Source: a bacterium (GTDB taxonomy: Bacteria > UBA8248). From it: a stretch of DNA of 64,000 nucleotides. Within the stretch, counting starts at the first letter, position 1. Each line of letters starts with the position of its first letter. A model generated the notes under the pieces. It ran no database searches. It saw nothing but the letters and a program-made list of their open reading frames with translations, and was not told the origin of the DNA. This document shows positions 55,521 to 64,000 of this stretch, one piece after another. The position numbers were made by a program, and so were the translations under genes. The stretch lies in the NCBI GenBank assembly GCA_965207065.1, contig OZ242260.1, forward strand, positions 1,824,001-1,888,000. Direction: 5' to 3'.

Positions 55521-57323
55521 CTATTTCTTACTCAACCGCTTCCTTCTCCGCCTGGTCCGGGCCATATCCACTTCGCCCGTCTCGTCGATAGCGACGCCGT
55601 AGACCTTCCAGGCGCGCTCTTTGGTGATCCACTTCTCCTCCACGTCCTCGCGCACCTTCTCGACGGGCCGCTCGTGCGGCGGGCCGTAGCCGCCCCCGCC
55701 CGTGCAGTAGGACGCCACGTTCTCGCCGGGTTTGAGAATAATGTCCGCACAGCCGGGCAGGTCTTCCAGAGAGCCGTCTTCGCGCATGAGGAAGTTCCGG
55801 CAGACCGCACCGTTCAGCCCGCCGAGCGTTCCCTTCGAAGCGTTTACCGCGCCGTCGGACACATAGACGACTTCCAGGTCCCCCCCGCCCACCGGGCCGT
55901 ATTCGCAATAGCCCGAAGGCGCGCCTATCGTCCGGCCCGCGCCCTCGGTGTCGGGCATGAGCCTGCGCGTCTTGATGTAGATGGGGAAATGAAGCTCGTC
56001 CAGCTCGATGCTGTCCACGAAGCACATGCCCGCGTTGCCCGCGTGTAAGATGGTGAGCCAGGCGTCGGTTTTCCCTGCGCCCGCTCCGCCCGTGACCATC
56101 AGGAAGAGGTGGTTCACGAAAGGTTCGTTGTCGTTTCTGGGGTCGAAGCCCGAGATGACGCCCATCGACGCCGGGAAAATCGGCCCGCACTCGGCCAGCC
56201 CGATGCCGTCCTGAATCTTCGAGAACGCGCGCTGCACCGGGTTCGTCACCCGGTCGGCGAGGTTGGTGGTGGCGACGGACATCGAAGTGGGGTGCTTGCC
56301 CCCGCCCGCGACGGAGCCGTCTCGAATCAGCACGTTCACGCGGCGGAAGCTGCCCGCGTTCGTGGGCACGATGTCGTCGATGCTGTTGAACACGCCTATC
56401 ATCGCGCCCGTGCGCGCGCAGGCCTCGCTCAGGTTCAGGCCGCACGGCATGGCGTCGGGGTTGTCCGTTAAATCCACCTCGATGGTGGCCTTCTTGTTGT
56501 CGATCCGCACGTGCGCGGTGATGGGGATGCCCTCATCCGGCGTGCCGGGCACGGGGTCGTGCGTGCTGTGGGTCGTGGCCTCGCCCGTGGGGAGTTTCCT
56601 GATGGCGGATACCATGAGCTTCTCGCTGTAGTCGAACCACTCTTTCGAGAAGTCGTGCAGCGTCTCCCAGCCGTATTCATCGCCCATGGCGAGCACCTCG
56701 CGCTCGCCGATACGCGCCGCGCCTATCATGGCGAGGTAATCGCCGTACCACTGCTCGGGCACGCGGATGCGCATCCGGCAGAAGTTGATGAAGTCCTCGT
56801 TGTCCTCGTAGTTCGTCTGCACCTTGGTGGGCGGGAAGATGAGCGCGCCCTCCTCATACACGTCGCGCGCGTGGCCCATGTAGGTGGTGGGCTGGCTGCA
56901 TCCGCAATCCGCCTGGTGGGCCTTCACCCACACGGTGAACTGGTGCTCGCCCCGCTTGTCGATGACGGGCACCAGGATGGTGTGGTCCGCCGGGTGCGAG
57001 CAGCCGTGGTAGGGCGAGTTGTGGAGATAGGCGTCACCGCGCTTCAAGTTCGGGTGTAGGTCCATCATCGAGCGGGCCATCAGGTCCGCCCCGCTCAGGT
57101 GGTGGATGGGGAGCGATTCCGCGCCCGTCAGCAGTTCGCACTCGCGCGTCACCACGGAGGTCGAGAAATCGCGCGCGAGGTTCAGCACGCCCGAGCGGCC
57201 CGTGCGCAGGAGCGTGTTCGCCATCTTGGTGGTCACGGCGTCGAAGCGCTTGTGCAGCACCGCCAGGGTGATGGGGTCCAGTTTCGTTTTTTGCTTCGCG
57301 CGTCTCGTTGTTGCTCTCGCCAT
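55521..57323 (-). CDS. Hydantoinase B/oxoprolinase family protein
   Basis: LDPITL, RDFS, NSPYHGCSHPAD, AHQAD, EEG, GGGGYGPPHER. Confidence 0.9.
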   Translation of the reverse strand: MARATTRRAKQKTKLDPITLAVLHKRFDAVTTKMANTLLRTGRSGVLNLARDFSTSVVTRECELLTGAESLPIHHLSGADLMARSMMDLHPNLKRGDAYLHNSPYHGCSHPADHTILVPVIDKRGEHQFTVWVKAHQADCGCSQPTTYMGHARDVYEEGALIFPPTKVQTNYEDNEDFINFCRMRIRVPEQWYGDYLAMIGAARIGEREVLAMGDEYGWETLHDFSKEWFDYSEKLMVSAIRKLPTGEATTHSTHDPVPGTPDEGIPITAHVRIDNKKATIEVDLTDNPDAMPCGLNLSEACARTGAMIGVFNSIDDIVPTNAGSFRRVNVLIRDGSVAGGGKHPTSMSVATTNLADRVTNPVQRAFSKIQDGIGLAECGPIFPASMGVISGFDPRNDNEPFVNHLFLMVTGGAGAGKTDAWLTILHAGNAGMCFVDSIELDELHFPIYIKTRRLMPDTEGAGRTIGAPSGYCEYGPVGGGDLEVVYVSDGAVNASKGTLGGLNGAVCRNFLMREDGSLEDLPGCADIILKPGENVASYCTGGGGYGPPHERPVEKVREDVEEKWITKERAWKVYGVAIDETGEVDMARTRRRRKRLSKK

Positions 57324-57332
57324 ATCCTGCTC

Positions 57333-59399
57333 CTAGAGCGTGATGAACAGACTGCCGCTTCTCGTGCGCTCGGCCTTGGCGCCGGGGTCGATGACCACCG
57401 TCGTGAACGGTGATTCGATGATGGCCGGCCCGCGCATCGCCGCACCCGCCTTCATGGCATCGAACGCCGCCACGCGCGCGTTCACGAGTCCCTTGCCCGC
57501 GAAGTAGGCCTCCCGCCTTTTGGGCAGCGTCGTCTCGTGGATCGCCTCGCGCACGAGCCTGCCGAGGCGGCCCTTTCTCAGTTTACACCGCGCCACGGCG
57601 CGCCAGCCGACGAACTCCACTTCCGAAGACGGATCGCGGAAGGCGAACACCTCCTCGTGTACTTCGTCGAAAGCGGCGCGCGCTCTCTCCACGTCTTTTT
57701 TCGAGCGGAAGCGGTTGATGGGCAGCCCCAGATCGATCTCCCATATCTGGTGCTTGTAGCGCGCCTCGACGTAGAACTCCGTCGCGCTCTCCACAGCCCC
57801 CTTGCCGGGGCCTTTGATGAACGCGCGGCACCTGTCGCCGAGCGTTCTCAATACCGCGTTGGCGCCCTTGAAGTCGAACCTGTCCGTGATGGTGAAGAAC
57901 ATTGAACGGTAATCGGCGTGTAAATCGCTCATCATCGCGCCCGCGGCGGAGAGCGCGGCGCCCACCTCGGGGATGACGAGTCCTTGACAGCCCAGCCGCT
58001 TGGCGATGGCGACCGAGTTCAGGCCCGCCGCCCCGCCGCCGCCGATAAGAACCGCGCCCCTCGGGTCGATGCCCTGGTGGATGGTGATCTCTTCGATCGC
58101 GCCCACCATGTTTTCTGTCGCCAGCCGCAGGATGGCCGAGGCCGCCTCCTGGAGGGATAGCCCCAGCGGTTCGGCCACGTCTCTCGATATGGCTTTTTCG
58201 GCTTCTGCAGGATTGAGCGTCATTGCGCCGCCCAGGAAATAATCCGGGTCGATGTGGCCGAGCACCAAAGATGCGTCCGTGAGCGTGGGCCGCGTGCCGC
58301 CCCGGCCGTAGCAGGCGGGTCCCGGTTCCGCGCCCGCGCTCTGCGGTCCCACGTGTAAGAGTCCGCCCTCATCCACCCATGCGATGCTCCCGCCCCCTGC
58401 GCCGATGCTCTTCACGTCCACCGAGGGGAATCCCAGAATGTGGCCCCGGTAGCGCTGGCCGAGCCAGGTTTCGGGCGACATGGGTATTTCGCCCCGTCGC
58501 ACCAGGCTCACGTCGTAGGTGGTGCCGCCGGTGTCGGCCACAATCGCCGTCGCGGCCTTGGCGTCTGCGCGGGAGAAGTGCCTGCCCGCGATGGGCGCCA
58601 TCGAGGGTCCCGAACCCACCGAGTGGATGGGCGCATCTGCCAGTTCGTCCGCGTCCATCACGCCGCCCTTCGACGTCAGCATCAGGAGCCGCCCGCCGAA
58701 GCCCGCCGCCTTGAGTCTTTCCTGCAGACCGCCGATGTAGCGCGACATCAGGGGCTTCAAGGATGCGTCGATGCAGGTGGAAGACGCCCGGCGGTATTCG
58801 CGCAGAATCGGGTTGAGAACATGCGATAGAGTAAAAGGAACCCCCTTCAAGTGTTTTTTCAGCAGCTTGCCCACGCCGATTTCGTGCGCGGGATTCACGG
58901 TGGACCACAAGAGAGAAACGGCCACCGCCTCCACCTCTTTTTCTTTCAACTCCTCGATGATCGCGATGACGCCCGCCTCATCGAGCGGCTCGTATACGCC
59001 CCCGTCGGCGCCCATGCGCTCGGGTACCTCGAAGGTGAGCGCGCGCGGGACGTATGGCTTCGGGAACGGCACTAAGAAGTTGAACGGCTCCATGCGCCCG
59101 CCCTCGCGCAGCACGAGAATGTCGGGGTGTCCCTTCGTGGTGAGGAAGGCGGTCCTGGCGGTATTTCCCGTCACGATGGCGTTGGTGGCGTGGGTGGTGC
59201 CGTGGATGAAAAGCTCGCCCTGGGCGAGGAGTTCGCCGATGCTCGTTGAGAGCGCTTCGGCCGCCGCCTCAATGGCCGCGAGAATGCCCTCCACCGGGTC
59301 CTGGGGCGTCGTGGGGGCCTTGAACATGTGGAGCCGGCCCCGGTTGTCCTCGAGCACCAAATCGGTGAAGGTCCCGCCCGTATCGACCGCGAATCGCAT
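57333..59399 (-). CDS. Hydantoinase A/oxoprolinase family protein (ATP-binding subunit)
   Basis: VDTGGTFTD, HGTT.ATN, SGP, DTGGTT.D, GAGGGSIA, SAGAEPGPACYG. Confidence 0.92.
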   Translation of the reverse strand: MRFAVDTGGTFTDLVLEDNRGRLHMFKAPTTPQDPVEGILAAIEAAAEALSTSIGELLAQGELFIHGTTHATNAIVTGNTARTAFLTTKGHPDILVLREGGRMEPFNFLVPFPKPYVPRALTFEVPERMGADGGVYEPLDEAGVIAIIEELKEKEVEAVAVSLLWSTVNPAHEIGVGKLLKKHLKGVPFTLSHVLNPILREYRRASSTCIDASLKPLMSRYIGGLQERLKAAGFGGRLLMLTSKGGVMDADELADAPIHSVGSGPSMAPIAGRHFSRADAKAATAIVADTGGTTYDVSLVRRGEIPMSPETWLGQRYRGHILGFPSVDVKSIGAGGGSIAWVDEGGLLHVGPQSAGAEPGPACYGRGGTRPTLTDASLVLGHIDPDYFLGGAMTLNPAEAEKAISRDVAEPLGLSLQEAASAILRLATENMVGAIEEITIHQGIDPRGAVLIGGGGAAGLNSVAIAKRLGCQGLVIPEVGAALSAAGAMMSDLHADYRSMFFTITDRFDFKGANAVLRTLGDRCRAFIKGPGKGAVESATEFYVEARYKHQIWEIDLGLPINRFRSKKDVERARAAFDEVHEEVFAFRDPSSEVEFVGWRAVARCKLRKGRLGRLVREAIHETTLPKRREAYFAGKGLVNARVAAFDAMKAGAAMRGPAIIESPFTTVVIDPGAKAERTRSGSLFITL

Positions 59400-59546
59400 T
59401 CCTCGCCTCCCGCCGTCACCCGCGCTGGATCCATGACCCGCGCGAATGAGGTTTTGAATCGTTATCTGCGAATAGGTGATGAATTCAGGCGCAATATATC
59501 ATCCCATGGGCAGTGGGATGCAAGGTTATCAGTGAAAACGCGCGCA

Positions 59547-60227
59547 TCACGCGTCGCGCACGTGCGCGTAGTAGCGGGCGAGGCGCTCGGCGGAGACGCC
59601 CAGCGCGAAGAGGATGCTCAAGCCCCACCAGATGACGAGGCACTTGGGCTTACCCCATACGTCGATGCGCCGCCCGCTGGTGACGACGGGCGTCTCGATG
59701 ACGGCCACCCGCCCGAATGCGCGCATCCGCCGGCTCAGGTCCCAGTCCTCGAACAGGGGCATGTCGGCGTAGCCGCCCATGCGCTCGAAGGCCTCGCGAC
59801 GGATGAAGATGCACTGATCACCGAAGAAGAGTTTCGCCATCTTCGCGCGCGTGTTCGCGCTGAAGCTGATGAAGCGGCTGAAGCTGTCGTCTCTGTCGAA
59901 GCTGTGGAGAAAGCCCCCGCCCGCCGCGTCGCCCGCGCGCATGACGTCCTCGATATCCCGTAACGCCCCCGGCGGAAGCTTGGTGTCGCAGTGAAGAAAG
60001 AGGATCGTCTCGCTTGTCGCATGGGCTGCGCCCGCGTTCATCTGGCGCGCGCGACCAGGTTCTGACTCGACGATCAGGGCGCGCCCCTCCGCCACGCCGT
60101 GGGTGTCGTCCGTGCTTCCCCCGTCGGCGAGGATGATCTGCTTCTCTCCCGGCTGGGCGTCGAGCATCTCGAACATGGCGGGCAGCCTGGGCGCTTCGTT
60201 CAACACGGGCACGACGATGGAGATCAT
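59547..60227 (-). CDS. GT2 glycosyltransferase (TIGR04283-like)
   Basis: ISIVVPVLNE, ADGGSTD, GRARQMNAGA, FLHCD, FGDQCIF, LFED, TSGRR. Confidence 0.85.
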   Translation of the reverse strand: MISIVVPVLNEAPRLPAMFEMLDAQPGEKQIILADGGSTDDTHGVAEGRALIVESEPGRARQMNAGAAHATSETILFLHCDTKLPPGALRDIEDVMRAGDAAGGGFLHSFDRDDSFSRFISFSANTRAKMAKLFFGDQCIFIRREAFERMGGYADMPLFEDWDLSRRMRAFGRVAVIETPVVTSGRRIDVWGKPKCLVIWWGLSILFALGVSAERLARYYAHVRDA

Positions 60228-60348
60228 CGCTCGATCCTTCTTCGGAACCGGTTTTTCTCTAAAAAGCGCCGGGGCGATTCATTCCCCGGGCTGTGGTATG
60301 ATGCCCGATGCGAAGCCATCCGGTGAACCCTAACCATTGGAACGGCCC

Positions 60349-61926
60349 ATGTCGATAAGGCGCATTCGCATTTTCCGTCTTCTTCTCTCCTGCGCAGGCG
60401 GCGCCCGGCGCGTGAAGCATCTTACGATATGCCTCGTTCTCTTGGTGGCGGTGCTCTCCGCGAGCCTCGTCTTTTCGCTCTCCAGTGATCAGGAAGAAGC
60501 CATCGCCCTGCTGTATGAAGTCATGCAGAAAGTGGACGATAGTTATGCGCGTATCCCCGATTTCAGGGAAATGTACGTCGCGGGCCTGGAAGGCCTCAAG
60601 AAAAGCGCGGGCGAGGGGCGCTTCGATTTCGAGGAGAAGGCGGGAGACGAGGTTCTCCTCAAGGCGGGGGAGAAGGAGTTGCTCGTTCGCCTCCGGGGAG
60701 ACACCGACGGCGGGCTGGGCGGGTTCGAACGCGCCTACCGGTTCGCGATGGCGAACGCCGGGGATTCGGAGAAGAAAAAAAAGGGCGGATTGAAAGTCAT
60801 GTACGCCGCGCTCACTTCCATGCTGCGCTCACTGGACCCATTCAGCACGTTCGTCTCGCCCGAGTCCTACAGGCAGATGCGGGTGGAGCATACGGGCCGC
60901 TACGGCGGGGTGGGCGTCATCATCACGGTGCGGGAGAAGAAACTCACCGTCATATCGCCCATCGACGACACGCCCGCACATCGGGCGGGCTTGAAGTCAG
61001 AGGACGTGATTCTGGAAATCGACGGCGCGTCCACGACGGACATGCCGCTGTCCGAGGTCGTACGACGTATGCGCGGACCCGCCGGCAAGACGGTGGATTT
61101 GCTGATTTCGCGCGCCAGCTGGCCCGAGCCCCGGAACGTGTTGCTGCGCCGCGCGATCATCAGCATTAAGAGCGTGAAGTCGGAAGTGAAAGAGGGCGGG
61201 ATCGGCTATCTGCGGGTCACGGCATTTCATGGCCGCACGACGCGGGAACTGGACGTGTCTCTCAACGAGTTGATTCGCAAGAAGGTCAGGGGAATCGTGC
61301 TGGACCTGCGCGACAATCCCGGTGGTTTTCTCCGCCAGTCCGTCCAGGTCTCCGAACGATTCCTGCCCGATGGAAGCATGATCGTCTTCACCCGGGGGCG
61401 AAGGCGCAGCGAGACGGTGTATTTCCGCTCTCGCGGCACCGGCGTGTGGGTGGGCAAGCCCCTGGTCGTGCTGATCAACAAGGGCAGCGCGAGCGCGTCC
61501 GAAATCGTGGCCGGCGCCTTGCAGGACCTGGACCGCGCCCTGATCATCGGCCGGACCAGCTTCGGCAAAGGCTCGGTACAAGCCATCATCCCCACGAGGG
61601 GCGAGGCGGCGGTCCGGCTGACGACGGCGAAATACTACACCCCGCTTGGCCGCCTGATTCACGAGAAAGGCATTCAGCCCGATGTCGAGGCGGGGCCTCA
61701 GCCGCTCACCAAAAAAGAGATCAGGGAGCGAAGAAAAGAGATGAAGAGTTCGCTCTACAACCAGGAAAAGACGGACGAGAAGAAACAAGACTCCGTCCTC
61801 GAACTGGCGCTGGCCGTCTTGAAGGACGCCAGGAGCGCGAAGGTGGAAGAACTACGCCAGGCGGCCCTTGACGCGCAGCGCCTGATGCGAAGCGCCGAGG
61901 CGGTATCGTCCGCAGCCTCTCCCTGA
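60349..61926 (+). CDS. S41 family carboxy-terminal processing protease
   Basis: LDPFS, GGVG PDZ domain, LDLRDNPGG, SASASEI, FGKGSVQ, TAKYYTP, GIQPD; start uncertain. Confidence 0.9.
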   Translation: MSIRRIRIFRLLLSCAGGARRVKHLTICLVLLVAVLSASLVFSLSSDQEEAIALLYEVMQKVDDSYARIPDFREMYVAGLEGLKKSAGEGRFDFEEKAGDEVLLKAGEKELLVRLRGDTDGGLGGFERAYRFAMANAGDSEKKKKGGLKVMYAALTSMLRSLDPFSTFVSPESYRQMRVEHTGRYGGVGVIITVREKKLTVISPIDDTPAHRAGLKSEDVILEIDGASTTDMPLSEVVRRMRGPAGKTVDLLISRASWPEPRNVLLRRAIISIKSVKSEVKEGGIGYLRVTAFHGRTTRELDVSLNELIRKKVRGIVLDLRDNPGGFLRQSVQVSERFLPDGSMIVFTRGRRRSETVYFRSRGTGVWVGKPLVVLINKGSASASEIVAGALQDLDRALIIGRTSFGKGSVQAIIPTRGEAAVRLTTAKYYTPLGRLIHEKGIQPDVEAGPQPLTKKEIRERRKEMKSSLYNQEKTDEKKQDSVLELALAVLKDARSAKVEELRQAALDAQRLMRSAEAVSSAASP

Positions 61927-61974
61927 ACCCCCACGTATCTCACACCGGAATCAACGAGTCGTCGGATTTTCGCG

Positions 61975-62832
61975 TTACTGCGTGAAGGCGACGATGGTTC
62001 CCACCGCGGCGGCCAGCCCCAGTAGTTTTCTCACCGTCATCTTCTCCGACAGCCGCCAGGTGGCCAGGATTGTGGTCACGATGAAGCTCAGCTGTAAGAT
62101 CGGTGAGACGATGGTGGCCTCACCCTCCCTGAATGCGGCCAACAGCGAGGTGATCCCGAAAATGAAGCAGGTGGCGGTCGCGAGTCCGTGCGCCCAGCCT
62201 TTTTTCGAAAACTGCGGTCCCCCCTGCACGACGAACGAGTAGATGTATGCGATTGTGATGAAGAATACCGCCTGGCTGTGCAAAAACATGATCGGCGCCA
62301 CTCCGCCCGAGACGCCGAGCTTGTAGATGAAGTTCACGAGGCCGACGGCCACCATCGCCACGACGGCCCAAAGGATGGAGGCGAGCCTATCGGGGGAGAA
62401 ACTCCCCCGGTGAAAGTCCGAGAACAGGAAAATGGCGCTGCCGGTGAGGACGAGTCCTAAGATTTTGGGAAGCGTAATCGATTCATCCAGGATCAAGACG
62501 GCGAGCATGGCGGTGACGACGAAACTCATCCGGTAGATGGGCGTGCTGGCGCTCGCCTCTCCGAGTTCCACGCTTCTCATGAAGCACCAAAAGCCGATGA
62601 ATGTGAAAAAAGCGGCGCCGATTCCCAGGAAGGCGGGGGGCGTCCAGGCGTAACTGCCTTCGTAATACGCCCAGAACCACGTGATGGGAACGACGATGGT
62701 CGACTGCGAAGCCGTAATCGTGCCCGGCAAAATCTTGTTTCTGACCGCGCGTCCATAAACGTAGTCCGCCACGCCGATGAGAAACGATGCGAAAAGCGCG
62801 AACACGATGAACCTGGGAAGCAAACCGGACAT
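61975..62832 (-). CDS. EamA/DMT family transporter
   Basis: About 10 TM segments in two repeats (GEAS..P / GEAT..P; L.E.IT / L.EKMT). Confidence 0.85.
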   Translation of the reverse strand: MSGLLPRFIVFALFASFLIGVADYVYGRAVRNKILPGTITASQSTIVVPITWFWAYYEGSYAWTPPAFLGIGAAFFTFIGFWCFMRSVELGEASASTPIYRMSFVVTAMLAVLILDESITLPKILGLVLTGSAIFLFSDFHRGSFSPDRLASILWAVVAMVAVGLVNFIYKLGVSGGVAPIMFLHSQAVFFITIAYIYSFVVQGGPQFSKKGWAHGLATATCFIFGITSLLAAFREGEATIVSPILQLSFIVTTILATWRLSEKMTVRKLLGLAAAVGTIVAFTQ

Positions 62833-63218
62833 CTCCTGAAAAAATGCCTGAACCCGTTTCAGGCATCATACCCGTTTTCGGCGGGCGCGTTTCGTCGGCG
62901 TATGAAGAGTACGCCGAAACGGCGCTTGATTCATACCTTTTCCCGGCTCGTTTTGCCTGTTTGCGTATCCCGGGTCGGACTTGACGTGTGGATGGCGCGG
63001 CGCGACAAGCGGCCCCGGGCCGCGTTGTTGCTTGTTGTGCAGGCAGGAGCCTTCCTGTATATTGCGGGTATATATCTCGCCATATTGCTTACGTGAACCG
63101 CACCGGAATCACTCCGGGGGAAGGGTTCATTCTTTCTTCTCTTGTTTGTGCGGAAACGGGCATGTCCCTGCGTCCGCACTCTGAATCCACGGAATCGGAA
63201 GCCAGGGAGGATCATGCA

Positions 63219-64000
63219 ATGGCAACGAGATCGACGTATGCCCCAAAGCGATGGTTCAGCGTTTCTCGTCCGGCGGTGATGATCGCGGCGTTATCTTTCG
63301 CGCTCATCGCCGCCTTCGGCTCCCCCGCCTTCGCCGCGAAGAAAGACCCCATTAAAATCGGGGTGCTGTCGTTTCTGAGCGGAAAGCTCAAGCCCATCGG
63401 CGATGAGATCACCACGGGCATCCAGACGGCCGTGAAGATTCAAGGAAACGTCATGGGCCGGCCCGTCGAACTGATTCTCGAGGACAGCCTGGTGAACGCG
63501 CAGGTGGCGGTCACCAAGGCGACCAAGCTCGTCCAGAAGAACCAGGTCACGGCGATTCTGGGAACGAGCACGCTGGAGGCCCTGGCGCTGCTTCCCGTGG
63601 CGAACCGCCTGCGCGTGCCGATCATCACCTCGAACAGCGGCTCGGCCGTCATCACGGGCGCGAAGTGCAACTACTGGGTGTTCCAGACGAACCCGACGCC
63701 CCAGATGGCCATCGTGGCGATGGACTCGCTCATCAAGGACAACCCGAAGTTCAAGACCGCGAAGTGGTTCACGATGGGCCACGACTATCCCTGGAGCAGG
63801 CGGGTGGCGCGCTCGGTCAAGATCGTCAAGGGCGTGAATTATGTCGGCGAGGCCTATGCGCCGCTCGATACCACGGACTGGGCGCCGTTCATCGCCAAGG
63901 TCCGCGCGTCGGGTGCGACGGCGGTGGTCATTCCCGTCACCCTGGGCACGCCGCTCGTGCAGTTCATCCAGCAGGCCAACGAGTTCGGCCTGACCAAGCA
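63219..64000 (+). CDS. Branched-chain amino acid-type ABC substrate-binding protein (partial, runs off the window)
   Basis: Not in the ORF track; ATG 63219 after GGGAGG gives MATRST...PAFAAKKDPIKIGVLSFLSG..GRPVELILED..DYPW, open to the window end. Confidence 0.85.
   Translation, partial: MATRSTYAPKRWFSVSRPAVMIAALSFALIAAFGSPAFAAKKDPIKIGVLSFLSGKLKPIGDEITTGIQTAVKIQGNVMGRPVELILEDSLVNAQVAVTKATKLVQKNQVTAILGTSTLEALALLPVANRLRVPIITSNSGSAVITGAKCNYWVFQTNPTPQMAIVAMDSLIKDNPKFKTAKWFTMGHDYPWSRRVARSVKIVKGVNYVGEAYAPLDTTDWAPFIAKVRASGATAVVIPVTLGTPLVQFIQQANEFGLTK

Noticed and set aside
59547-60227. Arsenosugar biosynthesis cluster
   Set aside because: Only the glycosyltransferase is here; no ArsS, ArsM or partner transferase is adjacent
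62902-63096. 64-aa small membrane protein
   Set aside because: No clear RBS, the start lies within a hairpin and no motif is recognisable; cannot support it

Overview
A GC-rich bacterial chromosomal window with housekeeping genes (rnr-smpB-ssrA trans-translation locus, ppk1-ppx, rimO, csaA, an S41 protease) among many uptake and catabolic genes: two tripartite tricarboxylate transporters, a TAXI-TRAP system, a partial ABC binding protein, sulfatase, amidohydrolase, acyl-CoA dehydrogenase, CoA transferase and hydantoinase/oxoprolinase A/B. The tmRNA is one-piece, so the host is unlikely to be an alphaproteobacterium; a more precise taxonomy cannot be read from the sequence. No integrase, transposase, prophage or CRISPR array was seen. 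Signals not shown by the ORF track: (1) an orphan PrdB/GrdB-family selenoprotein split at an in-frame TGA (U-x-x-C) and followed by a SECIS-like hairpin; (2) an integrase-less one-gene cassette (NYN RNase) between ssrA and a duplicate of its 3' end, followed by hicB and a truncated hicA; (3) several non-coding palindromic repeat families, one with its core inverted between two copies and one with compensatory base changes; (4) tandem paralog sets: three LCM/TIGR00027-type methyltransferases, two QueG/RdhA-like Fe-S proteins, two flavodiiron-like MBL-fold proteins (one degenerate), and an autotransporter whose passenger also exists next door as a free gene. All product calls come from motif recognition by eye; no database searches were run.
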